From the NCBI GenBank assembly GCA_963827275.1, contig CAWHAA010000008.1:224001-288000 (forward strand): a DNA stretch of 64,000 bases, in the 5' to 3' direction. The translations under genes and the position numbers were made by a program. The DNA comes from an uncultured Spirochaetota bacterium. GTDB lineage: Bacteria; Spirochaetota; UBA4802; UBA5550. Below are positions 10,535 through 20,729 of this stretch, one piece after another. Under the pieces are notes generated by a model, which searched no databases, was not told the origin of the DNA, and worked only from the letters and a program-made list of their open reading frames with translations. The stretch's first letter is position 1. The number at the start of each line of letters is the position of its first letter.

Positions 10535-10969
10535 ATGGACGAATTGAAGCCGGAAATACTCAGGTCCTTCCGCATGGAGATGATCGGCACCGGGTGCTAT
10601 GACGCGCTGGCGCGGCGCTATGCGGCCAGCAGGCCCAAGTTGAGCGCGCGGTTCCGCGCAATGGCAGAAAGCGAGCGGGGGCACGGCAAGCTGTTTCAAC
10701 AATGCCATGCCGGCCTGTACGGCGCTGAAATGAGCGGTGAAGGATTCTGGCTCTTCGTGGGGAAGCTTTCAGCTTTTTCACAGGCGCTGCTGCCGTTGAA
10801 GACGAAGCTGAAAATATTGAGCGGGGTGGAGAAGCAGGCCGTCAAGGATATCGAGGCGGCCCTGGCAGCGGGCGGCGCCAGCGAATTCCATGACATCCTC
10901 AAGACCATCCTTCCGGATGAAAAGGAGCACGCGGCCCTCTATAAAGACTGGGTCAGCGGGAAGGTCTGA
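10535..10969 (+). CDS. Ferritin-like / rubrerythrin-type di-iron protein
   Basis: Two E...ExxH repeats (ME..Y..ESERGH; VE..DEKEH). Confidence 0.75.
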   Translation: MDELKPEILRSFRMEMIGTGCYDALARRYAASRPKLSARFRAMAESERGHGKLFQQCHAGLYGAEMSGEGFWLFVGKLSAFSQALLPLKTKLKILSGVEKQAVKDIEAALAAGGASEFHDILKTILPDEKEHAALYKDWVSGKV

Positions 10970-10996
10970 CGCGGGAGGGCATATCCGGCGTCCGGC

Positions 10997-12256
10997 TCAG
11001 GTATAATTCAGGGCGTCCAGCGGCTTGATGCGCGCCGCCTTCAGCGCCGGGTAGAGCGCAGCGACAAAGGTCGTGATGAATACGATCTCCGTGGCGACGA
11101 TGATGTCGCGCGGTCCGATCACCGGGTAGATGACGCTGCCGGTGCCCCACTTCCTCATCGTGGTAAGGGCAAAGGAAAAATCGATGCCGGTGTGGCCCAG
11201 GATGATGATGATCGGCACGCTGACCAGCAGGCCGAGGGCCAGGCCCAGGATCCCCAGGCTGACCGCCTCGAACATTACCATGAAGAATATGTGCGACGAC
11301 CGCGTGCCAATGCTTTTCATCACGCCAAGCTCATGGAACCGCTCGATAATGGACATGATAAGCGTGTTCGCTATGGAGAATACCACGGTGATGAACACGA
11401 TGACAAAGATGACGTACATCATGGCTTCCTGAAGCTGGATCGCGCTCACCAGGTTCGGCGCCATGTCCTGCCAGGAGAGGACCTCCAGAGCGGGGTCGGT
11501 GATTTTTTTCAAGAGCCGGTCCCGCACCGCGCCGGCCCGGTTTTTGTCTGCGGTCAGCATGGTTATCTCAGAAACGGCGTCACCCACCCCGGTGAGCTGC
11601 TGGAGCTTTGTGATTCCCACAAACACCACGCCTTTATCGAAATTGCCCATTGGTGATTCGAAAAAACCTGAGACGCGGAAGCCCGTTCCCACGATCTCGT
11701 TGTTCCTGTCCTGAAACATCAGTACCACCCGGTCTCCCCGGTACACGTCGAGCTTTTCCGCCAGGGTCTTTGATATGAGTATGTCGTCCGAGGCGGGGTC
11801 GCCGAGGTAGTGGCCCTCTCTTTTCAAGGTGTAGTCGTAGATCTTCGAAACCCTCTTTTCCTTTTCCGGATCTATTCCCCTGATCAACACGCCCCGCGCG
11901 CCCTCTCCCGAGCGGAGTATTCCCTTGGTGGCGAGCCGGGGGGCATGGGCCAGTATTCTATCCTCGCGGTCGATGGCGGTGATTGTCCGCCGTTCCGGGA
12001 TGAAGCGGTATTCCAGCTTTATGTTGGTGCGGAACCCTTTCCGGTGTATCGCCACATGGCCCAGGGCCGTATTGATGGTGTTGTCCACCATCTGGACCAT
12101 CATGCCGTTTATAAAGCCGGTCAGCAGGATCAGCGCGGATATGCCGATAGCGATGGACGTAATGACCACGAGCGAGCGCCTCTTCTGGCGCCACATGTTC
12201 CGCCATCCTATCAGAAGGAACGGGGCCGGGCTTTTTAATTTCTCCATGCGGTTCAC
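10997..12256 (-). CDS. ABC transporter permease, FtsX/LolE/MacB type
   Basis: WRNMWRQKRRS, periplasmic domain, IANTLIMSIIERFHELGVMKSIG, YPALKAARIKPLDAL. Confidence 0.9.
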   Translation of the reverse strand: MNRMEKLKSPAPFLLIGWRNMWRQKRRSLVVITSIAIGISALILLTGFINGMMVQMVDNTINTALGHVAIHRKGFRTNIKLEYRFIPERRTITAIDREDRILAHAPRLATKGILRSGEGARGVLIRGIDPEKEKRVSKIYDYTLKREGHYLGDPASDDILISKTLAEKLDVYRGDRVVLMFQDRNNEIVGTGFRVSGFFESPMGNFDKGVVFVGITKLQQLTGVGDAVSEITMLTADKNRAGAVRDRLLKKITDPALEVLSWQDMAPNLVSAIQLQEAMMYVIFVIVFITVVFSIANTLIMSIIERFHELGVMKSIGTRSSHIFFMVMFEAVSLGILGLALGLLVSVPIIIILGHTGIDFSFALTTMRKWGTGSVIYPVIGPRDIIVATEIVFITTFVAALYPALKAARIKPLDALNYT

Positions 12257-12273
12257 ATCCTATGCCGTGTTGC

Positions 12274-13521
12274 TCACAGTTTCCGTATCGCTTCGATCGG
12301 CCTGAGCCGCGATGCGTGGCGGGCCGGTGAAATGGTGAACAGGACACTGACGATCAGCATCATGCCGGAGGTCGAGAGGATGTTCGATGGCTCCAGGCGC
12401 GCCGGGAATTTTGTCATTGATATGCCCCACACGCTCATCTGGTCCGCAAGGCTCGAGTAGTCGAGCGGATTGTAGGTGAAGTAGAGAGACAGGGCGCTTC
12501 CCAGCGAAGAGCCGAGCAGCACCCCGATGAGCGCGATGAAGAAGGACTCGATGTGCACCATCAGCCGTACCTGTCCCGGCGTGGTGCCGATGGCCATCAT
12601 GATGCCGAGCTCGCGAATCCGCTCGTACACTGACATCTGGATGGTGTTCATCACGCCGAACGCCACCAGCGTGAAGAGGATGAATTCAAAGATATAGGTG
12701 CCGAAATGCTTCATGTCGATGAACTGCACCATGTCCGGCATGAGCTCGTCCCAGCCCAGGACCTCGAGTCCGCGGCCGGCGAGGGCGTGCCTGAGCCTGT
12801 CGCGCGTCGCTTCCATCGTCATGCCGTCCCTGAGGCGCAGCGCGATCGAGTTGACGTACCCCATCATGGTGAATGTCTCCATGGCTTGGGAAAGGGGAAG
12901 TATGATCAGGGTGCCGTCATATTCAGGGTTGTCGGTTTTAAAGAGGCCGACCACGGTGAGGTTCGCCGCCGCGATGGACCCGTCAAAGCCCTGCGAGATC
13001 ATGGCGATCGTATCGCCGACCCGGACCCCGAGGTTTTTCGCCAGGATTTCTCCCACGACGGTCTGATTCCGGTCGCTTTTTTGCAGATAGCGCCCGCCGG
13101 GAAGGATGCGCGAGTGGATATTGGTAACCGCGCGCTCCCTGTCGGGATCGACCGCCTGTATGACCGCGCCTTCAGTGGTGCTGCCGCTTGAGATGAATCC
13201 GGCGGTGTGGAGCCTCATGCTGAACGCCTCTATTGACGGGATTGACCGCAGCGCTGAGAGCATGCTGTTGTCGGGCATGAGCGCGTAATCGATGCTCATG
13301 TTTTCCCAGTACCCTCTTTCATGTATCTGAATGTGGCCGGTGTTCGCGGAGACGGCGTCCTCGATCATCTGGCCGAACGCGCCCTTCTGAACGGCCTTCA
13401 TAAAGATGATCATGGCGCACCCCACCATGATGGTGAGGAGGGTGAGGACGGTGCGTCTCCTGTTTTTCCACACGTTCCGCCACCCGAGGGTGATTTCGAT
13501 GCGGGGGATGGTGACTTTCAT
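12274..13521 (-). CDS. ABC transporter permease, FtsX/LolE/MacB type
   Basis: WRNVWKNRRRT, VMNTIQMSVYERIRELGIMMAIG, PARHASRLRPIEAIR. Confidence 0.9.
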   Translation of the reverse strand: MKVTIPRIEITLGWRNVWKNRRRTVLTLLTIMVGCAMIIFMKAVQKGAFGQMIEDAVSANTGHIQIHERGYWENMSIDYALMPDNSMLSALRSIPSIEAFSMRLHTAGFISSGSTTEGAVIQAVDPDRERAVTNIHSRILPGGRYLQKSDRNQTVVGEILAKNLGVRVGDTIAMISQGFDGSIAAANLTVVGLFKTDNPEYDGTLIILPLSQAMETFTMMGYVNSIALRLRDGMTMEATRDRLRHALAGRGLEVLGWDELMPDMVQFIDMKHFGTYIFEFILFTLVAFGVMNTIQMSVYERIRELGIMMAIGTTPGQVRLMVHIESFFIALIGVLLGSSLGSALSLYFTYNPLDYSSLADQMSVWGISMTKFPARLEPSNILSTSGMMLIVSVLFTISPARHASRLRPIEAIRKL

Positions 13522-13585
13522 GATGATTACTCTGGCGTCATGTCGGCCGAAAAGTCAAGACGATTACGCCGGGGCGGCGCCCGGC

Positions 13586-14428
13586 TTACTCTGCATCACG
13601 GAACGTCGAGAGTCCCAGGCGCTTGCGCGCGGCCGACGCCATGTTGCGCGCGATCGAAAGCCGTTTCCCCGGCAGGTTGGCGACCCATGAACCGAAGCTG
13701 GTAAGAACGCTCGAATAGACGAGTATTTTCGGCTTCCGCGCCAGGCCTACAAGCTGGCGGGCGACGTCCTCCGGGGTCTTCGGCCTGGTGAAGAAGCGCG
13801 TGATGAAGTTCTGGTCCGGGTCGATGATGGTGTCCTGCGCCACGGGCCCGAACCCCGATTCCGCCGGCGAATCTGTCTTGATGTAGCCGGGAAAATATTC
13901 ACATACCGCGATCTCCGTGCCGGCCCACTCGGCCTGGATGGTGCGGGTCCAGCCGCACACCGCGGCCTTGGAGCAGACGTAGGGGGTGTAGAGGGGGACG
14001 CCGATCATGAACCCGGGCGAGCCGACGTTGATGATCACCCCGCGGCCCTGCTTCCGCATGTACCTGACGGCATGGTTCGTGGCAGTCACCGGGCCGACCA
14101 CGTTCGTTTTAAACGAGCGAAGAAGGTCATCGGACGTGACCTCGTCGGCACGCGCCACGATGATGGCCGCGGCGTTGTTGATCAGGACGTCGATCCTGCC
14201 GAAATGGCTCACTGTTTTGTCGATCATGGCCACGGCCTGCCGCTCGTCCGACAGGTCGGTGGGAAGCACGAGCGCGTTTTTCATCATCGCGGCGTTTTCC
14301 TCGAGATGCTCCCGCCGCCGCGCGGCCATCGCCACCCTGGCGCCGGCCCGGTCAAAGGCGAGGGCCGCGGCCTTCCCGATGCCGCTCGATGCGCCGGTGA
14401 TGAGCACTACCGCCCCTTCCATGTCCAT
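13586..14428 (-). CDS. Short-chain dehydrogenase/reductase
   Basis: ITGASSGIG, NNAA, YVCSK; start reassigned to MDMEG after GAGG. Confidence 0.9.
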   Translation of the reverse strand: MDMEGAVVLITGASSGIGKAAALAFDRAGARVAMAARRREHLEENAAMMKNALVLPTDLSDERQAVAMIDKTVSHFGRIDVLINNAAAIIVARADEVTSDDLLRSFKTNVVGPVTATNHAVRYMRKQGRGVIINVGSPGFMIGVPLYTPYVCSKAAVCGWTRTIQAEWAGTEIAVCEYFPGYIKTDSPAESGFGPVAQDTIIDPDQNFITRFFTRPKTPEDVARQLVGLARKPKILVYSSVLTSFGSWVANLPGKRLSIARNMASAARKRLGLSTFRDAE

Positions 14429-14564
14429 GGTCATTCCTCGCTTACGGTTATTTTCATGACAGCCCGATCGATGATGTTGCAGTGACAGGCATATTAATAT
14501 CAAGCTGTTTTTCAGATACCGTCGGGGGCGCTGAAGACAGCGGCCTTCGCCCGCCAAATGCCGC

Positions 14565-14593
14565 TTGACGCTGACGCTGTTTTGTGCTATCTT
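14565..14593 (+). promoter_or_regulatory. sigma70-type promoter TTGACG-17-(TG)TATCTT
   Basis: Direct match upstream of the AGGAG RBS and ATG 14623. Confidence 0.5.
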
Positions 14594-14622
14594 TATCACG
14601 TCAATCATCACAAGGAGACGGC

Positions 14623-15319
14623 ATGGACACCATAGGCGGTTTCATCACAGGGATCCTCGTCGCCGGAGCGGGCGCCCTGGCATGGTACTTATCGGGAAAG
14701 GGCAGGGCGCACGGCCACGGCCCGGCAGAATGTTTTCCTCTCCAGCATCGAGCAGATCAAGGCGATCGGCGAGCTTTCGGTGTTCAAGGTATACACCAAG
14801 GAGATCGTCACCGAGGTGGACCACGCCTGGGGGGAATTCGGGAAAAAATACCTCACCTGGATCATGTCGAACAAGAAGATGGCGATGATATTCGAGTTCG
14901 AGATCGACTTCAGGTACGACCTGCGCAGCCCGCGCTTCCGCGTCGAGGAGGACCGCGGCTCGTACACCTTCATCATGCCCGAATGCTTTCACGAGATCCA
15001 TATACGCGACATACATTTTTACGATGAGCAGAAGAGCAGGCTCATCCCCTGGCTCCTGCCTGATTTCATCAATAAAATCTTCACCGACGGCTTTTCAGAG
15101 GAAGACAAGAACCGCATCAAAGACGAGGCGAAAAAGCGCGCCGAGGAGCAGGCGAAAGGGATCATCGGGAAGCTCACTTCCGACGTCGAGCGTTCCGCGG
15201 CCCAGACCCTCAGATCACTGGCCGCGGCCCTCGGCGCAGACGACGTCAGCTTCGTCTTCAAGGACACCGGCAGGGATGCGGTGCGGTCCGTCGAGTTCAA
15301 TGACGAGCGGGCCGTGTAG
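14623..15319 (+). CDS. DUF4230-like membrane-anchored protein (apparent +1 frameshift near 14700-14725)
   Basis: AGGAG + MDTIGGFITGILVAGAGALAWY (TM), continuing in the next frame as NVFLSSIEQIKAIGELSVFKVYTKEIV... Confidence 0.65.
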
Positions 15320-15366
15320 CGGGGGCCTGGTGCCGGGCCCGGTCCGCGCCCTCAGCGGCAATCCTT

Positions 15367-16257
15367 TTACGGTATCTGCCGCGCCACGAATTCCCCGATC
15401 TCCCGGATTGACTGCCGCGCGGCAGGGTGCATTGAGGCGAGGGCCTGGAACACGTGTATCATGTTCGGCCAGATCTTGAGCTCCACGCTGGCGCCCGCCT
15501 TCGCCGCCCGCTCCGCCACGCCCCGTGAATCGTCGAGCAGTATCTCGTCGGTACCGACGTGTATCAGGAGGGGCGGCAGGCCGGTGAAATCGCCGAACAG
15601 GGGGGACACGGCGGGCCGCGCGAGGTCGCCGTCCGGCGCGTACATCCGCGCGAAATCGGGCACTACCTTCGACGGCAGCAGCGGGTCCTTCCTGCTGTTG
15701 TTCCTGAACGACGCGCTTGAGCAGGTCAGGTCGGCCCAGGGGGACAGGCATACCGCGCAGGCGGGGAGGGGCAGCTTACGGTCGCGCGCTGTTTGAAGGA
15801 GCGCGAGGGCAAGACCGCCGCCGGCGGAATCCCCCATGACCGCGATCCGCGATGGCGGGGTGCCGCTGTCCAGGAGCCAGCGGTACCCGGCGAGCGCGTC
15901 TTCCAGCGCGGCGGGGTGGGGGTGTTCCGGCGCCAGCCGGTAGTCAAGGGAGAGCGCCCGCGCCGCCGAGGCGCGCGTGATGCGGCATATCATTTCGCGG
16001 TGGGTCCGGGGCGAGCAGATGACATACCCGCCGCCGTGCAGGAAGAGGATGGTCCGGCCGGCGTCGGCGCCCTGCCAGTCCACCCACTCCCCCGGGACGC
16101 CCCCGGCGTCGGCGGGGGTGACGGTGCATTTTTTCGGGAGCCTGACGTATTTCGCCACCATCCGCTCCTCCCACTTCCTCATGCCCCGGTATTTTCTGCT
16201 TTCGACCCTGCGGCTGTAATAGCGGATGATCATCCTCGCGATGGCGTACCGTATCAT
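15367..16257 (-). CDS. Alpha/beta hydrolase (HSL-family esterase)
   Basis: HGGG, DYRLAPEHP, GDSAGG, E.LLDD, HVF. Confidence 0.92.
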   Translation of the reverse strand: MIRYAIARMIIRYYSRRVESRKYRGMRKWEERMVAKYVRLPKKCTVTPADAGGVPGEWVDWQGADAGRTILFLHGGGYVICSPRTHREMICRITRASAARALSLDYRLAPEHPHPAALEDALAGYRWLLDSGTPPSRIAVMGDSAGGGLALALLQTARDRKLPLPACAVCLSPWADLTCSSASFRNNSRKDPLLPSKVVPDFARMYAPDGDLARPAVSPLFGDFTGLPPLLIHVGTDEILLDDSRGVAERAAKAGASVELKIWPNMIHVFQALASMHPAARQSIREIGEFVARQIP

Positions 16258-16290
16258 CGGAAAAGCTCCTGAACAATGAACATGTCCGGC

Positions 16291-16623
16291 CTACTGTTTC
16301 GTGTACCTGATGCCGTCGAGCGCCATCACCCATCTTCCGCCGGGATTGTTCGGCTTCTCCGTTATCTTCAGCGTGGATTTGATCGGGCCGACGCCGATGG
16401 TCAGCGAATCAGCGGTGATGGTCGTCCTTCCGCCGGTTACGCTGGAGTTAGACAATTTCAGGTCGCCGCCGCCGTCAAGGTAGACGACGACAAAGGTCCC
16501 GTCGTCGGCGACCCACTTGCCGGCGAACACCTTCTGGTCTTCTGTGAGGGGGATTTTTTTGCCGCACCCTGCGAGGGCCGCCGCGATGACAAGTGCGAAA
16601 ACGAATGCCGCTGTTTTTTTCAT
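16291..16623 (-). CDS. Small lipoprotein of unknown function
   Basis: GGAGG RBS; MKKTAAFVFALVIAAALAGC lipobox. Confidence 0.75.
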   Translation of the reverse strand: MKKTAAFVFALVIAAALAGCGKKIPLTEDQKVFAGKWVADDGTFVVVYLDGGGDLKLSNSSVTGGRTTITADSLTIGVGPIKSTLKITEKPNNPGGRWVMALDGIRYTKQ

Positions 16624-16782
16624 GGTAACCTCCCATGGTGCTGTTGCAGGGCTGTCAGTGACAGCATCCGCGAAGGGTACGTTTATTTTTCTTCCTGTCA
16701 ATGACAAATTTTCCCTGAACGGGAGCGGCCCGGCGCATGGGGACGGTTCTTCCCGGCCAGCGGCGGGGCGCCGCCGGCGCCG

Positions 16783-17811
16783 TCATTTCACGTGGGGCAG
16801 GAGCAGCACCTTAATCGAGTCGGCCGCCCCCGCGACCAGGGAGAACCCGCGGCCCGCCTGCTCCAGCGGCAGGCGGTGGGTGATCATCTCCTCCACCGGG
16901 ACGCGCCGCGCCCTGATGAGGTCCATGGCGACCATGATGTCCGCGGGGCTCCCGCCGTATGACGGCAGCAGGGCGATCCCGTTGCGCCAGAAGTCGTTTA
17001 TCGGCACCGCGAGGTTGACCCCGGGTTCGGTCGGCGCGAAGCAGAGCACCGTGCCGCCCCGGTCGACGGACTTCAGCGCCTGCTCGAACACTGAAAGGGC
17101 GCCGGCGCACACGATGGCCAGGTCCGCGTGCCTGCCGTCGTTCAGCTCCCTGACCCGCGCCGGCACGTCTTCGGACGCGTGAATGACCGCGTCAGCGCCG
17201 AAGCGCTTCGCCGCGTCAAGCCGGTACCGGGTGATGTCGGTCGCGATGATACGGCCCGCCCCGAGCGCCTTTGCCAGGGCGATGTGCAGCAGCCCCGACA
17301 TCCCGCTTCCCATGACGACCACGCTCTGTCCCGGGACGAGGCGGGCGACCCTCTGGCCGCGCACCACGCAGGCAAGGGGCTCAATGAAGGTGCCCTGGTC
17401 ATACGACATGTCGTCGGGAAGAAGAAATACGCCGCGGTCCACGTTGAGCGCCGGCACGCGCAGATACTCGGCGAACCCGCCGGGGAAAAAATTGGTGGTG
17501 TGGAGCGTCTCGCACGCGGTGTGGTTCCCGGTGAGACAGTAGCGGCAGGTGTTGCAGGGGATGTGGTGAGAGACGAAGACGCGCTGGCCCGCGCGGTAAC
17601 GGTCGACCGTATCGCCGGTCTTCACGATCTCACCGGCGATTTCATGGCCCAGCACCAGGGGTGCCTTCTTGATGCGGTACCATTCCATGACGTCGCTCCC
17701 GCAGATGCCGCTGGCCATGACCTTCACCAGCATCTCTCCCGGCCCGATCTCCGGCACCGGCATCTCCTCTATCCTGACGTCCCTGTTGTTGTAGTATGTT
17801 GCTACGCGCAT
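16783..17811 (-). CDS. Zinc-dependent (MDR) alcohol/polyol dehydrogenase
   Basis: GICGSD, LGHE, CNTCRYC..C, EPLAC, GSGMSG. Confidence 0.92.
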   Translation of the reverse strand: MRVATYYNNRDVRIEEMPVPEIGPGEMLVKVMASGICGSDVMEWYRIKKAPLVLGHEIAGEIVKTGDTVDRYRAGQRVFVSHHIPCNTCRYCLTGNHTACETLHTTNFFPGGFAEYLRVPALNVDRGVFLLPDDMSYDQGTFIEPLACVVRGQRVARLVPGQSVVVMGSGMSGLLHIALAKALGAGRIIATDITRYRLDAAKRFGADAVIHASEDVPARVRELNDGRHADLAIVCAGALSVFEQALKSVDRGGTVLCFAPTEPGVNLAVPINDFWRNGIALLPSYGGSPADIMVAMDLIRARRVPVEEMITHRLPLEQAGRGFSLVAGAADSIKVLLLPHVK

Positions 17812-17821
17812 GGGCGTTCCC

Positions 17822-18718
17822 CTACCTGCAGCGTTCCTTTGCTTTACGGTAAATCTCCGCCGCCTCGCGCGGCGCGGCCTTTTTGTGGATCACCGCGTGG
17901 AGGGCCTTCGCCATGGCGACCGGGTAAGGGTTCTGCCACACGTTCCTTCCCAGGTTCACCCCGATCGCCCCCTTCTGCATGCCGTCATGCACGAACGTAA
18001 AGACCTCGAGCTCGGTTTCGCATATGGGCCCGCCCGCCATGACCACCGGGACGGGGCAGCCGTTCGTGACCTTCTCGAAATTTTCGCACCAGTAGGTCTT
18101 GACCACCTTCGCGCCGAGCTCGGCGACGATGCGGCAGCAGAGCCCCAGGTAGCGGGCGTCGCGTTTTTCCAGCTCCTTGCCGACCGCGGTCACGGCCATG
18201 ACGGGTATCCCGTACTTCTCGCATTCGTTCACCAGGGCGCTGAGGTTGCCCAGGGACTGCTTCTCGTACTCGGTGCCGATGAAGACAGACACGCCGACCG
18301 CGCATACGTTGAGCCGGATGATGTCATCGATGGAGGTGGTGATGATCTCGTTCGCGAGGTCCTTCCCCACCACGCTGGTCCCTCCCGATACCCTGAGGAT
18401 GATCGGGGTGTCGCAGTCAGGGTCGATGCTGCTCCGGAGGACCCCGCGGGTCACGAACAGCGCATCGCTGTAGGCGAGCAGTTCGCGGACCGTATCGCCC
18501 GGACGCTCAAGGCAGCGGGTCGGCCCCTGGAAATAGCCGTGGTCGATCGGCATGAAGAAGCAATGGCCGTCCTTCTGTATAAGGCGCGACAGCCGGTTCC
18601 TCATTCCCCAGTCCATGTGATCTGATCCCAGTATCTCTTTTCCCCTGACGGCCCTGGGGCGTTTTGCCCCCATTTCAGATAGGTCCCGTGCTTCAAGAAT
18701 CCCTTCTGCGTCTGCCAT
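17822..18718 (-). CDS. lsrF: LsrF-like class I aldolase/thiolase
   Basis: DWGMRNRLSR, DHGYFQGPT, AELGAKVVKTY, CPVPVVMAGG, GRNVWQ. Confidence 0.85.
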   Translation of the reverse strand: MADAEGILEARDLSEMGAKRPRAVRGKEILGSDHMDWGMRNRLSRLIQKDGHCFFMPIDHGYFQGPTRCLERPGDTVRELLAYSDALFVTRGVLRSSIDPDCDTPIILRVSGGTSVVGKDLANEIITTSIDDIIRLNVCAVGVSVFIGTEYEKQSLGNLSALVNECEKYGIPVMAVTAVGKELEKRDARYLGLCCRIVAELGAKVVKTYWCENFEKVTNGCPVPVVMAGGPICETELEVFTFVHDGMQKGAIGVNLGRNVWQNPYPVAMAKALHAVIHKKAAPREAAEIYRKAKERCR

Positions 18719-18911
18719 GTGCGGCCTCCTTACGGATTAACGGTTATCCGGGCTACGGTACTGATGTGCGCGGACAATAGTATTCCATTAAAAATTATAG
18801 TAGTCAATCATGTCACTATTGATCAGGTTCCGGCGTGCACCGGTACGCCGGTGCGGTGGTTAGTTTAATACAGAAACGTGAGGTCTTTTGTCAAGAATGT
18901 TTTCCCCGGGG

Positions 18912-18940
18912 TTGACGGGCGTCAGTTATAGCGTTATATT
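18912..18940 (+). promoter_or_regulatory. sigma70-type promoter TTGACG-17-TATATT
   Basis: Direct match upstream of the acyl-CoA ligase. Confidence 0.55.
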
Positions 18941-19015
18941 TATTGTAATATTGTATGACAAATCTGCGCATTGTTATGCTGGAATGCCAGCACATTACAG
19001 GAGGAGGCTCTTGGT

Positions 19016-20686
19016 ATGGAAAAAACATGGTATAAATCGTATGCCGCCGATGTTCCGTACAATCTCCAGTATCAGAACATTACCGTAGCGGAAGCGCTCG
19101 CGAAGAATGCCGACCTGTTTCCCGATTCCACCGCCCTCATCTTTCTTGACGCCAGGATTTCCTACCGGCGCCTCAATGAAATGGCCAACAGCTTCGCCAA
19201 TGCCCTGATCGGCATGGGGGTCAAGCCCGGCGACAGGGTCGCGATGCTGATGCCTAACATGCCGCAGATCGTGATCGCCACGTACGGCGCATGGAAGGCG
19301 GGGGCCGTTGTCGTTATGAACAATCCACTCTATACCGACCATGAGCTCGAATACCAGCTCAATAACTCGGGCTCAACCGTGCTGGTGACGCTGGACCTCC
19401 TCGCGCCGCGCATGATCGCGCTCAGGCCGAAGCTCCCGGTGAAAAAAATTGTCGTTGCCCACATCAGGGACCACCTGGGCTTCCCGAAGAAGCAGCTCCT
19501 TCCCATAGTGGCGAAGGACAAGCACAGGGATATCCCGAAGACGCCCGATGTGTATGAGTGGATGGACCTCCTCAAAAACAACCCGTCGACCGATACCGGG
19601 ATCAGGGTCGCGTTTGAGAGCCTCGCCACTCTCCAGTACACCGGCGGGACCACCGGCGTGAGCAAGGGCGTCATGCTGACACACAAGAACCTTTCGAGCA
19701 ACGTGCAGCAGATCGAGGCCTGGTTTCCCGGTTTCGCCAAGGGAGAGATGGTCGAGCTCGGCGTGCTCCCCTTTTTCCATTCGTTCGGGCTCACCTGCGT
19801 CATGAATTTCTGCATCTGGATGGCCGGGGCGGACGTGCTGATCCCCCGCCCGGAGCCGCTGGCGGTGCTTGAGGCGATCCACAAGCACAAGGTGACGTTT
19901 TACCCGGCGGTGCCGACGATATACGTCGGCCTGCTGAACCATCCGAAGCTGGCGAAGTATGACGTCTCTTCCATCGTGGGGTGCTTCTCGGGCGCCGCCC
20001 CGCTCCCGCTAGAGGTGATTAAGGCCTTCGAAGAGAAGACCGGCTCGCAGATTTGCGAGGGCTACGGCCTCTCAGAAACCAGCCCCGTGGTCACGATCAA
20101 TCCGTGGGGCGGCACAACGAAAGTGGGGTCCATCGGCCTGCCAATATCCGATACCGAGCTGCGGATCGTCGACCTTGATGATGGGACAAAGGATATGCCC
20201 GCGGGAGAGCCGGGCGAGGTGATCATCCGGGGACCGCAGGTGACGGCCGGCTACTATAACATGCCGGAAGAGACCGCGAAGACGGTGAAGGACGGATGGC
20301 TCTACACGGGAGATATCGGGAAGATGGACGAGGAGGGCTTCTTCTATATCGTCGACCGGAAGAAGGACATGATCATCGCCGGGGGCTACAACATCTACCC
20401 GCGCGATATCGACGAGGTCCTGTTCGAGCACCCGAAGATACTGGAGGCCTGCGCCATCGGGGTCCCGGACCAGTACCGGGGCGAGACGGTCAAGGCGTTC
20501 GTGGTGCTCCGGCCGGACCAGACGCTGACGGAGCAGGAGGTCATCGATTTCTGCAAGGAGAAGCTCGCCAAGTACAAGGTGCCCACCGCGGTAGAATTCA
20601 TCGATTCTCTGCCGAAGAGCGCGGTGGGAAAGATACTCAGGAAAGAGCTGCGGGCCATGGAGCTCGCGAAAATGCAGAAGAAGTAA
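19016..20686 (+). CDS. Long-chain-fatty-acid--CoA ligase
   Basis: QYTGGTTGVSKG, EGYGLSE, GWLYTGD, VDRKKDM, LPKSAVGK; GGAGG RBS before ATG 19016. Confidence 0.95.
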   Translation: MEKTWYKSYAADVPYNLQYQNITVAEALAKNADLFPDSTALIFLDARISYRRLNEMANSFANALIGMGVKPGDRVAMLMPNMPQIVIATYGAWKAGAVVVMNNPLYTDHELEYQLNNSGSTVLVTLDLLAPRMIALRPKLPVKKIVVAHIRDHLGFPKKQLLPIVAKDKHRDIPKTPDVYEWMDLLKNNPSTDTGIRVAFESLATLQYTGGTTGVSKGVMLTHKNLSSNVQQIEAWFPGFAKGEMVELGVLPFFHSFGLTCVMNFCIWMAGADVLIPRPEPLAVLEAIHKHKVTFYPAVPTIYVGLLNHPKLAKYDVSSIVGCFSGAAPLPLEVIKAFEEKTGSQICEGYGLSETSPVVTINPWGGTTKVGSIGLPISDTELRIVDLDDGTKDMPAGEPGEVIIRGPQVTAGYYNMPEETAKTVKDGWLYTGDIGKMDEEGFFYIVDRKKDMIIAGGYNIYPRDIDEVLFEHPKILEACAIGVPDQYRGETVKAFVVLRPDQTLTEQEVIDFCKEKLAKYKVPTAVEFIDSLPKSAVGKILRKELRAMELAKMQKK

Positions 20687-20724
20687 TAACAGAAAGGCCC
20701 CCTGTGAAGGGGGCCCTGTTGTTT
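20687..20724. terminator. Hairpin between convergent genes
   Basis: GGCCCCCT-gtga-AGGGGGCC stem with flanking AACAG/CTGTT. Confidence 0.65.
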
Positions 20725-20729
20725 CAGGC

